From contig JAULAX010000018.1 of assembly GCA_032654565.1 (NCBI GenBank), forward strand, positions 352,001 to 416,000: a DNA stretch of 64,000 nt, given 5' to 3'. A program made the translations under genes and the position numbers. This DNA is from Anaeromyxobacteraceae bacterium (GTDB taxonomy: Bacteria > Myxococcota > Myxococcia > Myxococcales > Anaeromyxobacteraceae). Positions 9,418 to 18,403 of this stretch are shown piece by piece (position 1 is the stretch's first letter; each line of letters opens with the position of its first letter). Below the pieces are notes generated by a model. It was not told the origin of the DNA and did no database searches. It worked only from the letters and a program-made list of their open reading frames with translations.

Positions 9418-10784
9418 GCCGACCTCCAGCGCCAGCGGCGGCCCGCGCCCAGGACCCCGAGCCCGGCGCCGGCCAGCCCCAGGGCGGCCAGCAGCCCCAA
9501 GGGGTCGAGGCGCCGCCCGCCCGGGTCGGGCACCGGGACGTCCGGGAGGGTCGGTGGGCGCGCCAGCGGGGCGCCGTCGGCCACCTGGATGGCCTCCAGG
9601 ACGGGGAAGGCCCGCTCGGCGGCCGAGAGCGCCAGCGCCGCCGGACTCTGCGCCATCAGGTCGGCGGCGGTGAGGTTGCCCCTCAGGTGGTCGAAGAGGC
9701 TCCCCAGGGTGTAGGGGCGGTCGCTGCGTCCGTCGCCGTCGAGATCGGGGGCGTCGTTGTCCGACCAGAAGTTGCCGTCGAAGCGAGTGTCGGTGCGGCG
9801 TGCGAAGAGCGCCAGCGGAGAGAGGTTCCCGATGAAGGCGTTGCCCTCGAACCGGTTCTCGGTGCTGGAGCCATAGAGGACGACGGCGACGTCCGACTGG
9901 GCCAGCAGGTTGCGCCGGAAGAGATTGCGCGAGGACCCCTCCAGGAAGACGCCGCGGGCGTTGTCGGCGATGAGGTTGTCCTCGGCCACCGAGTCGCTGA
10001 CATCCTTGAAGAGCAGCCCCACCGAGGCGAAGCCCCGGTTGTGGAGGAAGCTGTTGCGGCGAAACTGGATCCGCCTGGAGAACATCAGGACCGCGCCGGC
10101 GGCCGACTGCTCGAAGAGGTTGTCCTCGAAGACGTTGTCGTCCGAGTTCATGTAGTGCAGCCCGTAACGAAGCCGGCGGGCCAAATTGCCCCGGATCAGG
10201 CCCTGTGAGGCGTTCTGGACATAGATGCCGTCCCGGGAATCGGCGATGTCGTTCCCCACGAAGGCGAAGCCGGTGGTGTTCCAGACGTGGATGCCGGAGC
10301 CCTTCTCGCCGGCCTCACGGCCCGGGATCCCGCGGATGACGTTGCCCTCGACCAGAGCACCCGGCGATTCCCGCAGGTAGATGCCGAAGAGGGTGTTGCC
10401 GATGCGGCAGTCACGAATGGTGACACGGGGGGCAGCCACGTGCACGCCGGAGGCGTCGGCAGAGATGTCGCCCCCGGCCAGCCCGTCGATGTCGAACCCC
10501 TCCACCACCACGTCGGCGGCCCGGACGCGGACCACGCTCCCGGTTCCCGAGCCGATCAGGTTGGGACGGCCCCGGCCCACCAGGCGGACCGGGCGATCGA
10601 GGTAGAGATCACCACGGTAGGTGCCTGACCCCACCTCCACCACCGAGCCGAGCTCGGCGGCGTCGATGCGCCGCTGCAGCGGGGAGGCCGCCGACGGCGG
10701 CGGCCTCCCCTCCAGGTTGCCCGGGAGGACAGCCGGCATGTCGGCGACCGCCAGGAGGGCCGCCAGGACCAGGGAGGGGATCAC
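9414..10784 (-). CDS. nosD: NosD periplasmic beta-helix maturation protein
   Basis: GIHVWN, RDGIY, LRYGLHYM and GNFWSD..DLDGDG motifs. Confidence 0.95.
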   Translation of the reverse strand: MIPSLVLAALLAVADMPAVLPGNLEGRPPPSAASPLQRRIDAAELGSVVEVGSGTYRGDLYLDRPVRLVGRGRPNLIGSGTGSVVRVRAADVVVEGFDIDGLAGGDISADASGVHVAAPRVTIRDCRIGNTLFGIYLRESPGALVEGNVIRGIPGREAGEKGSGIHVWNTTGFAFVGNDIADSRDGIYVQNASQGLIRGNLARRLRYGLHYMNSDDNVFEDNLFEQSAAGAVLMFSRRIQFRRNSFLHNRGFASVGLLFKDVSDSVAEDNLIADNARGVFLEGSSRNLFRRNLLAQSDVAVVLYGSSTENRFEGNAFIGNLSPLALFARRTDTRFDGNFWSDNDAPDLDGDGRSDRPYTLGSLFDHLRGNLTAADLMAQSPAALALSAAERAFPVLEAIQVADGAPLARPPTLPDVPVPDPGGRRLDPLGLLAALGLAGAGLGVLGAGRRWRWRSA

Positions 10785-10796
10785 GGCGATCAGATA

Positions 10797-11447
10797 TTAC
10801 CCGGGCCCCTGGCCTGCCACCGTTCCGGCGCGGCCGGCCGCCCGCACCGAGAGGCCCAGGGCCAGGAACAGCGCCAGCGCAACGGCCCCAAGCGCCCATG
10901 AGGCGAGCGATGGGTAGGAGTAGACCTCGAAGTTGGCGAGCTGCTTTCCTCCGAAGAGGGGTGGCATGAAGGGCGGGACCTTCACCGCCGCGGTCGGATC
11001 CAGGTTGTGTCCATAGGCCCACATCTTGTGGGCGAAGGACCACATGGAGAAGCCGCTGAAGTAGGCGAAGAGCACGGTCACATCGATGAGATACCCCACC
11101 GTCCCCAGCACCACGGCCCGGAGGAAGAGCAGCCCGAAGGCCCCGATGGCAAAGGGGAGCCAGAGGAACTCGGTGAAGTCCTCGGTCACCAGATCCTTCA
11201 TGCCGATGTAGTGGTTGAGGAGGTTGATCTCCTTGGTGTCCTGCCCGGCGTGCCCGCCCTCCAGCTTGTAGCTGTAGATGTCGAGGCGCAGCCCCTCCTG
11301 GTACTGGGGCGCGAACATGGTCAGCCGCCAGAGTGGCGAGACCAGGGCCGGCACCAGCAGCAGCGTGGCCAGGAGGAGGAGCCCCCGTGGACCGAGCCCA
11401 AGCGGTGACTTGAGGATCCGGTCGCACTTCTCGATGAACGATCGCAC
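10797..11447 (-). CDS. nosB: NosB-type membrane protein of clade II nos clusters
   Basis: PLW..APQY.EGL, INLLNHYIGMK, YGHNLDP and PPLFG.KQLANF motifs; directly after nosZ. Confidence 0.85.
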   Translation of the reverse strand: MRSFIEKCDRILKSPLGLGPRGLLLLATLLLVPALVSPLWRLTMFAPQYQEGLRLDIYSYKLEGGHAGQDTKEINLLNHYIGMKDLVTEDFTEFLWLPFAIGAFGLLFLRAVVLGTVGYLIDVTVLFAYFSGFSMWSFAHKMWAYGHNLDPTAAVKVPPFMPPLFGGKQLANFEVYSYPSLASWALGAVALALFLALGLSVRAAGRAGTVAGQGPG

Positions 11448-11465
11448 GGGGCCTCCGGGCCTGGG

Positions 11466-13334
11466 CTACTTGGGCTTCACGATCAGGTAGCCCTGCATCT
11501 CCTGGTGGAGCGCTGAGCAGAAGTTGGTGCAGTAGTAGGGGAAGACGCCCGGGCGATCGATCTTGAGCGTGACCGTCTTGGTCTCGCCCGGATCCACCAC
11601 GATGTTGGTGTTCCAGTCGAGCAGCCCGAAACCATGCAGTTCGTCGGTGGTCTGCTCGATGTTGGTCAGGGCGAAGGTCACGGTGTCACCTTCCCGCACC
11701 TCCACCGAGGTGGGCGTGATGGTGGAGCGCACCAGCACGGCCTTGACGATCACCTTGTCGCCCTGGCGGGTCACCCCGGCGTCCTTGACGTCCCAGACCG
11801 CCAGCGGGTGCTTGTTCTCCTCCTTGGGATAGACCTCGATGGCGTGGATCTTGTCGGCCTTGATCATCTGGGCGTAGTGGGGCTCGGGCTCGGTGAAGGC
11901 GTCGTAGAGGAGCTTCATCTTCTCCTCCGAGATGTCCACCAGCTGCGAGGACTCGGGCTGCGACGGGCCCACCGACAGGTGGCGGCCGTGCGACAGCTTG
12001 TTGAGGCCCACCAGGTACTTGCCATCCGGGCTGACGGTGTCGCCCTCGGCGGCGCAGAGGTGGCCGATGGAGTAGCTCATGGGCACCTTGTCCACCACCT
12101 CCCAGGTCCCCAGCTTCCACTTGGCGATGGCGCTGTCGACGAAGAGGGAGGTGTAGGCCCAGTTGTCCGGCCCGAACTGGGTGTGGAGCGGCCCCAGCCC
12201 CACCTGGATCTCGGCGTCCTTGATGGACTCGTACTTGAGCACCGGGATCCCGTCTTCTTCGCCGGTGAAGTCCTTGTTCTTGATGGCGGTCAGCACCTTC
12301 TCGAAGTTGAAGGCGGTGGTGATGCCGGCCAGCTTGCCGGAGCCGACCACCCACTTCCCGGTGGGGGAGACGTCCACGCCGTGGGGGGACTTCCCGCAGG
12401 GCATGAGGTAGACGAACCCCGGGACCTTCTTCGGGTCGATCACCTTGACGCCACCGATCAGGTCGCCCTTGCCCTCCTTGGCGTACTTCTCGGCGTCGCG
12501 CCAGTTGATGGCCACGATGTAGTCGCGATCCTTCTGTGAGGCGGTGACCTCCAGCTTCCCGGTGGCGCGCTCGGTGTTGTAGGCGGTCAGGAAGAACCAG
12601 CCATCGGAGATCCCCTTGCCGGCGTCGCCGATGTCCCAGTCGAAGGGCGGAAGCAGCACCTCCCACCCCAGGGTCATGGCGCCGGACTTCGGGTCGATCT
12701 TGATGCCGGCGGCGACCCCCTTGTAGGAGGCGGCGTACTTGTCGATCGAGGCGTAGGTCCCCTTGGGGATGGGGATCGAGAAGCGGGTCGACATGATGGC
12801 GTACTCGGTGTTGGGCGTGACGAAGGAGGAGCCGTGGTTGCCCGAGATGTTGGCCACCGGCCCGATGATCTCCTTGGTCTTGAAGTCCCGCAGGTCGATG
12901 CGGGCGATGCGGCCGTTCATCTCGTTGATGAAGAGCCAGCGGCCGTCGTAGTCGCCGTTGGTCTCGGAGAGCGCCGGGTGATGGGCGTCGCCCCAGGTGA
13001 AGCGTCCGAGCATCTTCTTGGTGTCGTCGTCGAACCCGTAGCCGGTCCCGGGATAGGGCGTGAAGACCGGGATGGTGGAGAGGTGGCGCATCGATGGCAC
13101 CCCGTACACGTAGACCTGGCCCGAGTGGCCTCCCGACGAGAACAGGTAGTACTCGTCGAGATCGCCTGGCGCCACGTAGGTCTTCATGGCAGCGACCTGG
13201 AGGTCAGAGGCCGCGGTGGGGGCCTTCTTGGCGCTGGTGGGCGCCGACGGGGCGCAGCGCGCCAGCAGCAGGGCGCCCGTCATCAGCCCGGCCGCGGCCA
13301 GGCTGCGCTTCGACCACTTCGTCATCTGGTTCAT
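11466..13334 (-). CDS. nosZ: Clade II (Sec-type) nitrous-oxide reductase
   Basis: CuZ His motifs WGDAHHP, GNHG, SPHG, GPLH, IGH, EPH; CuA motif HGF...CTNFCSALHQEM; no twin-arginine motif; AGGAAGG RBS before ATG 13334. Confidence 0.97.
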   Translation of the reverse strand: MNQMTKWSKRSLAAAGLMTGALLLARCAPSAPTSAKKAPTAASDLQVAAMKTYVAPGDLDEYYLFSSGGHSGQVYVYGVPSMRHLSTIPVFTPYPGTGYGFDDDTKKMLGRFTWGDAHHPALSETNGDYDGRWLFINEMNGRIARIDLRDFKTKEIIGPVANISGNHGSSFVTPNTEYAIMSTRFSIPIPKGTYASIDKYAASYKGVAAGIKIDPKSGAMTLGWEVLLPPFDWDIGDAGKGISDGWFFLTAYNTERATGKLEVTASQKDRDYIVAINWRDAEKYAKEGKGDLIGGVKVIDPKKVPGFVYLMPCGKSPHGVDVSPTGKWVVGSGKLAGITTAFNFEKVLTAIKNKDFTGEEDGIPVLKYESIKDAEIQVGLGPLHTQFGPDNWAYTSLFVDSAIAKWKLGTWEVVDKVPMSYSIGHLCAAEGDTVSPDGKYLVGLNKLSHGRHLSVGPSQPESSQLVDISEEKMKLLYDAFTEPEPHYAQMIKADKIHAIEVYPKEENKHPLAVWDVKDAGVTRQGDKVIVKAVLVRSTITPTSVEVREGDTVTFALTNIEQTTDELHGFGLLDWNTNIVVDPGETKTVTLKIDRPGVFPYYCTNFCSALHQEMQGYLIVKPK

Positions 13335-13363
13335 GGGTCCATCCTTCCTGTGGATGTGAACGG

Positions 13364-14587
13364 CTAACGGCTCAAGGGCGCGGCCGTGCCAGCCGCCTTC
13401 TGCTTCTGGTACTCGGCGAAGGCCTCGCGGAGCTTCGAGATGGCCACCGCCTTCTCCTCGGGAGAGAGGATGATCTGCCGCGACAGCACCACGGCCATGG
13501 TCCCGGAGGGCGTCGCGATGAAGTCGTCGATGGTCCGCCCGAAGCGCTTCTGGACGTCCTCGACCGCGATGGAGAGGTCGGGGCCAATCTGGGCCGGGCT
13601 CTTCACGCCCAGGGATGAGATGGAGTGGCAGACGAAGCAGCCGGTCTTGACGAACCAGGCGCCAGGGCCGGTGGCCATCTTCCGCTCGGTCTCGACCTCG
13701 TCGACGGTCTGCGGGTCGGTGCGGGGCGCGCCGGCCAGGAAGGTGGCCGGCACCGGCGAGCGCCGCCATGACAGGACCAGCATGGCAAGCGCCTGGGCCT
13801 CCTTGGTGGTGAAGTTGAACTGGGGCATGACCGTGTCCTGCACCAGCGCCCGGGGCTCCTTGAAGTGGGCCACGTGCCAGGCAAACGAGGTCTTCTGGCC
13901 GGAGAGGTGGCTGAAGTCGTACTGCTCAGCCGCCTTCTCGCCGGCGAAGGTGAGGTCCGGGCCGATGGTGCCGCCGCGGCCGTTGATGACGTGGCAGGCG
14001 CGGCACCCCTTGTCCTTGACCAGGGCCTTGGCGAGGTTGATGGCGTCGGCCCCCTTGGTCTCGCGGTCGTAGCGGTGGCAGACGTTGCAGTTCATCTGCT
14101 GGAGCGCGCCCTTCTCGACCAGGTTGTAGCCCTCGCCCATGGAGCGGGAGAGCACCGGCTCCTCCCAGTAGGCCACCGGGCCGTGGGCCTCGGGCGCGTC
14201 GATGGCGTACCCCTGGCCGCCGTGACAGGCGCTGCAGCCGTACCGCTCCGGGGGGTGGAGGCGGAGGATGGCCTCCGGATGGGTCCGGAAGGGCTGCTCG
14301 GCGTCGTCGAAGCCCTTCCACTTGGTGGCCTGGTGGCAGCTGATGCAGCGGTCGGCGCGCTGCATCTCCGGCACCCAGACCTGCTGCAGGCCAGCCGGCA
14401 CCAGGGCGGCCTTGTCGGCGCCGAACTTCGCCCCCACCCGGCTCTTGAACTCGGCCTGGTAGTAGCGCCAGTCGTGGGCCCGGTCGCTGCGCACGAAGAG
14501 GACCGTGGAGATCACCAGCACAACGCCGATGACGGCCAGGATGGCGCGATCGCGCTGGCGGAACGGCGAGGGAGAACGCTTCTCCAT
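13364..14587 (-). CDS. Membrane-anchored pentaheme cytochrome c
   Basis: N-terminal TM helix; five CxxCH motifs (CISCH, CSACH, CNVCH, CRACH, CFVCH). Confidence 0.9.
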   Translation of the reverse strand: MEKRSPSPFRQRDRAILAVIGVVLVISTVLFVRSDRAHDWRYYQAEFKSRVGAKFGADKAALVPAGLQQVWVPEMQRADRCISCHQATKWKGFDDAEQPFRTHPEAILRLHPPERYGCSACHGGQGYAIDAPEAHGPVAYWEEPVLSRSMGEGYNLVEKGALQQMNCNVCHRYDRETKGADAINLAKALVKDKGCRACHVINGRGGTIGPDLTFAGEKAAEQYDFSHLSGQKTSFAWHVAHFKEPRALVQDTVMPQFNFTTKEAQALAMLVLSWRRSPVPATFLAGAPRTDPQTVDEVETERKMATGPGAWFVKTGCFVCHSISSLGVKSPAQIGPDLSIAVEDVQKRFGRTIDDFIATPSGTMAVVLSRQIILSPEEKAVAISKLREAFAEYQKQKAAGTAAPLSR

Positions 14588-14589
14588 GG

Positions 14590-15930
14590 TCAAATCCTCG
14601 TCGGCAGTTCGATCCAGGCCTGCCAGGGCCAGTAGAGCTGCCAGTAGGGTCCGCGGCAGAAGGTGCCGACGAAGGTGAGCACCAGCACGCCCAGCACGAT
14701 GAGCAGGAAGACCAGGTTCTGCCGCTGCCGGGTCTGTGGGAGCCAGCGGCCAGCTGCCGCCGTCGGGCTCTTGTCGAGCCACGGCCAGGCAGCCAGCGCG
14801 CCCACCAGGATGCCCGGCAGGATGACGCCGCCCAGGAAGGCGCCGTTCACCGTGAAGGAGCCGATCTTGATGGTGGTGTCGGTGACGATCTCCTGCAGCC
14901 AGAGGAAGTACCAGGGCGCCTTGGCGGGGTTGGGCGTCACCAGCGCGTTGGCGGCCTCCTCGAGCGGCGAGTGCACGAACACCGAGAGGATGCTCATGGC
15001 CGCGATGGTGCCGAGCACGACGATGGCGATGCGCCGGGTGAGGTCGGGGATGGAGCTGACCGTGGTGTCGGCGGCCTCGATCGAGGAGGCGCGGATGGTC
15101 GGGCCAGTGCCCCGGGCGATGCCGAGGAGGGTGTAGGTCTTGGTCTGGCCGGGCGGGACCTCGACCTTGGCCGGTAGCGACGCGGCGTGGTCGGCGCTGG
15201 CCAGCCCGCCGTCCTTGCGGATGCGCCACATGTGGTAGGCGAAGAGGATGCCGAGCCCGCCGGGCAGCACGATGACGTGGAGGACGTAGAAGCGGATCAG
15301 CGTGGCCTGATCGATGTTGCGCCCGCCCAGCAGCAGCTCACGGATCTGCGGCCCTACCCAGGGCACCGCCGAGGCGATGTTGGTGCCGACCGTGACCGCC
15401 CAGTAGGCGAGCTGGTCCCAGGGCAGCAGGTACCCGGTGAAGCTGAGGAAGAGCGTCAGCAGCAGCATGACGATCCCCATCAACCAGTTCCACTCCCGGT
15501 GTTGGCCGCGGCCCGGGCCGTTCTTGTAAGCGCCGGTGAGGAAGACCCGGACCAGGTGGAGGAAGACCGCGGCCACCATGAAGTGGGCGCCGAACCGGTG
15601 CACCGAGCGGATCCAGTAGCCGAAGGTGATGACGAACTCGATGTCCTTCACCGAGCCGTAGGCCCGCTCCACCGAGGGCACGTAGAGGAAGAGCAGCGGC
15701 AGGCCAGAGAGCACCAGCAGCAGGAGCAGCGCCGCCGAGACCGTCCCCAGCCAGAGCGAGTAGCGCCAGGCCAGCGAGTCCTTCAGGGCCTTGGCCGGGA
15801 ACCAGTGGAAGATGAAGTTGGAGACGATGGCGTCGCCGGCCTGCCGATCGGAGGCTGGGTCGAGGCTCCAGAGCGGTCGCGGGTGGACGCCGGGGGCCTG
15901 CGTCTTCTCGGCTTCGGGGGGATGGGCCAC
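14590..15930 (-). CDS. Cytochrome b of a Rieske/cyt b complex (b6-like domain fused to a subunit-IV-like domain)
   Basis: RSVHR..H, FTGYLLPWDQ, RFYVLH..H and PNPAKAPWYF motifs; GAGGAG RBS before GTG 15930. Confidence 0.92.
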   Translation of the reverse strand: MAHPPEAEKTQAPGVHPRPLWSLDPASDRQAGDAIVSNFIFHWFPAKALKDSLAWRYSLWLGTVSAALLLLLVLSGLPLLFLYVPSVERAYGSVKDIEFVITFGYWIRSVHRFGAHFMVAAVFLHLVRVFLTGAYKNGPGRGQHREWNWLMGIVMLLLTLFLSFTGYLLPWDQLAYWAVTVGTNIASAVPWVGPQIRELLLGGRNIDQATLIRFYVLHVIVLPGGLGILFAYHMWRIRKDGGLASADHAASLPAKVEVPPGQTKTYTLLGIARGTGPTIRASSIEAADTTVSSIPDLTRRIAIVVLGTIAAMSILSVFVHSPLEEAANALVTPNPAKAPWYFLWLQEIVTDTTIKIGSFTVNGAFLGGVILPGILVGALAAWPWLDKSPTAAAGRWLPQTRQRQNLVFLLIVLGVLVLTFVGTFCRGPYWQLYWPWQAWIELPTRI

Positions 15931-15941
15931 GGTGGGGCTCC

Positions 15942-16460
15942 TCAGGCCAGGGTGAGGCGGAAGGTGCGCTCGACCGGCCTCGCCAGGTCCACCACCAGCT
16001 GCCCGTCGTCGGTGGCGATCGAGAGGTGGAACCAGTCGAGGGGCTTGGGGGCCGGGCCGGCCACGTTCTCGCCATCGCCGGTGTACTTGGAGCCATGGCA
16101 GGGACAGAGGAACCGGTGGGTGAGGCGCAGCGGGCTGCCCTCCACGGTCCGGGTCTCCACCTGCGAGAGCGCCTCGGCTCGGACCGTGCATCCCAGGTGG
16201 GTGCAGACCGCCGAGATGGCGTGGAGCACTTTGCCCTCCCGGAAGACGTAGAGGCGCTGGTCGGGGAGGAACTTCATCCCGTCGGGGAACTCCTGCGGGA
16301 AACCAAGCTTCACCGTGGTGGGGGCGTCGTAGGAGACGTTGGGTACCAGCGAGCGCAGCGAGGCCAGCCCCTGGCCGCCGAGCGCGACCAGGCCGGCGCC
16401 GATGCCGATCTTCACGAAGAACTCCCGGCGGTCCCCGGGCTGGTCCGGTTTCTGGCTCAT
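15942..16460 (-). CDS. Rieske [2Fe-2S] protein
   Basis: Tat-like DRREFF; CTHLGC and CPCHGSKY boxes. Confidence 0.93.
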   Translation of the reverse strand: MSQKPDQPGDRREFFVKIGIGAGLVALGGQGLASLRSLVPNVSYDAPTTVKLGFPQEFPDGMKFLPDQRLYVFREGKVLHAISAVCTHLGCTVRAEALSQVETRTVEGSPLRLTHRFLCPCHGSKYTGDGENVAGPAPKPLDWFHLSIATDDGQLVVDLARPVERTFRLTLA

Positions 16461-18403
16461 GCGAGCTCCCTGGCTGCAGCCGGCGCGTAGCGCTCGGTGA
16501 TGGAGAAGCGTTCCATGGTCATGGCGTCGGTCGGGCAGCGGATGGCACAGAGCCCGCACCGGATGCAGCGGGTGTCGTCCTTGACCATGGCGGAGAGCGG
16601 CAGGCCGTCGGCTCCGGCCGAGGCCTCGAGGGCGAGCCGCTGGTCGTCGGGCAGCTCGATCTCCTGGTAGGGGACGAGCGCCAGGCAGTGCTCCGGGCAG
16701 ATGTCGACGCATCGGCCGCAGAGCACGCACTGCTCCGGGTCGTAGATGGTCTGGACGTGGCACGCCAGGCAGCGAGCCCCCTGGGCCCGGGCCTCGGCCT
16801 CGGCGAAGCCGATCTCGACCTCGGCGATCCCGGTCCGGCGGCCGACGTCCAGCGTGGGCGGCACCTGCCGATCGAGGAGCTCGAAGCCGGCGATCATCCG
16901 ATAATCCCGGGTGGGGATCTTCTCGATCTCGATGACCGCCTCGAGTCCGGCCGCTTCGCGCGAGAGGTGGGTGTGGATGGACCGGGCCGCCAGCTTGCCG
17001 TTGGCGATGGCCTCGATGAGGTTCCGTGGGCCGAAGGCCACGTCGCCACCGGCGAAGACCCCTGGCGCCGAGGTGGCGAGCGTCTCCCGGTCGACCAGGA
17101 TGGTCCCGGCCGGCGAGAGCTTCACCCCATCGTCTGGACCGAGGAAGGAGAGGTCAGGCTGCTGCCCGATGGCCAGGATGCAGGCGTCGGCCTCGAGGGT
17201 CACGACGTCCTGGTCGTCGTACTGAGGGGCGAAGCGTCCGGCAGGATCGAAGACCGAGGTCACCTTCCTCAGCTCGATGGCCTGGAGGCGCTTCTCGCCC
17301 AGGAAGCGCCGGGGTCCACGCCGGGGCTGGAAGCTTACCCCTTCCCGCCTGGCCTCCTCGAACTCCTCGTGCCCCTGGGTGGTGCGCAGGACCGGCATCT
17401 CATCGAAGGCCTCGAGCGAGACGATGGTCACGTCGGTGGCTCCGCCGCGCAGCGCGGCGCGGGCGGCGTCGAGCGCCTCCTTGAGGCGCGCGTCGGCCTC
17501 CTCGGGCAGCGCCGCGGCCAGCGTGGCGGCCTCCTCCTCCCGCCCGAGGCGCAGGGCGGTGCGGGCCGCGTCGAAGGCCACGAAGCCGCCGCCGATCACC
17601 ACCACCCTTCGCCCCAGGTCCAGGCGGAACCCCCGGTTGGCGTTGAGGAGATAGTCGACGGCCTTGATCACGCCGTCGAGCTCCACACCTGGCACCTGGA
17701 TGTCGCGCCCCTTCTGGACGCCGACCGAGAGGAAGACCGCCTCGAAGCCCTCGCGCCTGAGCTCGGCCAGGCCGAAGCCCGGCCCCAGGCCGTTCCCGAG
17801 CTTGAGCGTGACCCCCAGCGCGACGATCTTCTCGATCTCGCCCTGGATGACGCTGCGCGGGAGCCGATACTCGGGGATCCCGAAGCGCATCATGCCGCCC
17901 GGCTCGGGCGAAGCCTCGAAGACGGTCACCGCGTAGCCGAGCAGCGCCAGGTCGTGGGCGGCGGCGAAGCCCGCCGGTCCACCGCCAACCACCGCCACCT
18001 TCCGGGCGCCGGAGGCTGGCTGCTTGGCCACCGGTTGCACCGGCAGGTGCCCAGCGTAGCGGTTGCCCTCGGTCACCAGGGCGCCGCGCAGCTGATCCTG
18101 GGTGCCGGGGTGGACCGACTCGACGCCGAACCGCTCGCACACCGAGCGCTTGAGGGCCCGGATGGTCACGGGCGCGTCGATGGCGCCGCGCCGGCAGGCG
18201 TCCTCGCAGGGCGCGGCGCAGACCCGGCCGCAGACCGACGCGAAGGGGTTGGGCGATCGCGCCACCAGGTAGGCCTCCTGGTAGCGACCCTCGGCGATGA
18301 GCTGCACGTAGCGCCCGGCGTCGGTCGAGACCGGACAGCCCGCCTGGCACTTGACCTGCGCCTTCCAGTCCTTGAGGTCGGGGAGGGTGACTCGCACCGT
18401 CAT
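16457..18403 (-). CDS. FAD-dependent NAD(P)H oxidoreductase with N-terminal GltD-type Fe-S domain and C-terminal 2x[4Fe-4S] ferredoxin (DsrL/NfnB/GltD-like)
   Basis: CQAGCP, CGRVCAAPCEDAC, GGGPAG, IGGGFVAFD, ARCLAC, CVLCGRCVDICP, CIRCGLCAIRCP. Confidence 0.9.
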   Translation of the reverse strand: MTVRVTLPDLKDWKAQVKCQAGCPVSTDAGRYVQLIAEGRYQEAYLVARSPNPFASVCGRVCAAPCEDACRRGAIDAPVTIRALKRSVCERFGVESVHPGTQDQLRGALVTEGNRYAGHLPVQPVAKQPASGARKVAVVGGGPAGFAAAHDLALLGYAVTVFEASPEPGGMMRFGIPEYRLPRSVIQGEIEKIVALGVTLKLGNGLGPGFGLAELRREGFEAVFLSVGVQKGRDIQVPGVELDGVIKAVDYLLNANRGFRLDLGRRVVVIGGGFVAFDAARTALRLGREEEAATLAAALPEEADARLKEALDAARAALRGGATDVTIVSLEAFDEMPVLRTTQGHEEFEEARREGVSFQPRRGPRRFLGEKRLQAIELRKVTSVFDPAGRFAPQYDDQDVVTLEADACILAIGQQPDLSFLGPDDGVKLSPAGTILVDRETLATSAPGVFAGGDVAFGPRNLIEAIANGKLAARSIHTHLSREAAGLEAVIEIEKIPTRDYRMIAGFELLDRQVPPTLDVGRRTGIAEVEIGFAEAEARAQGARCLACHVQTIYDPEQCVLCGRCVDICPEHCLALVPYQEIELPDDQRLALEASAGADGLPLSAMVKDDTRCIRCGLCAIRCPTDAMTMERFSITERYAPAAARELA

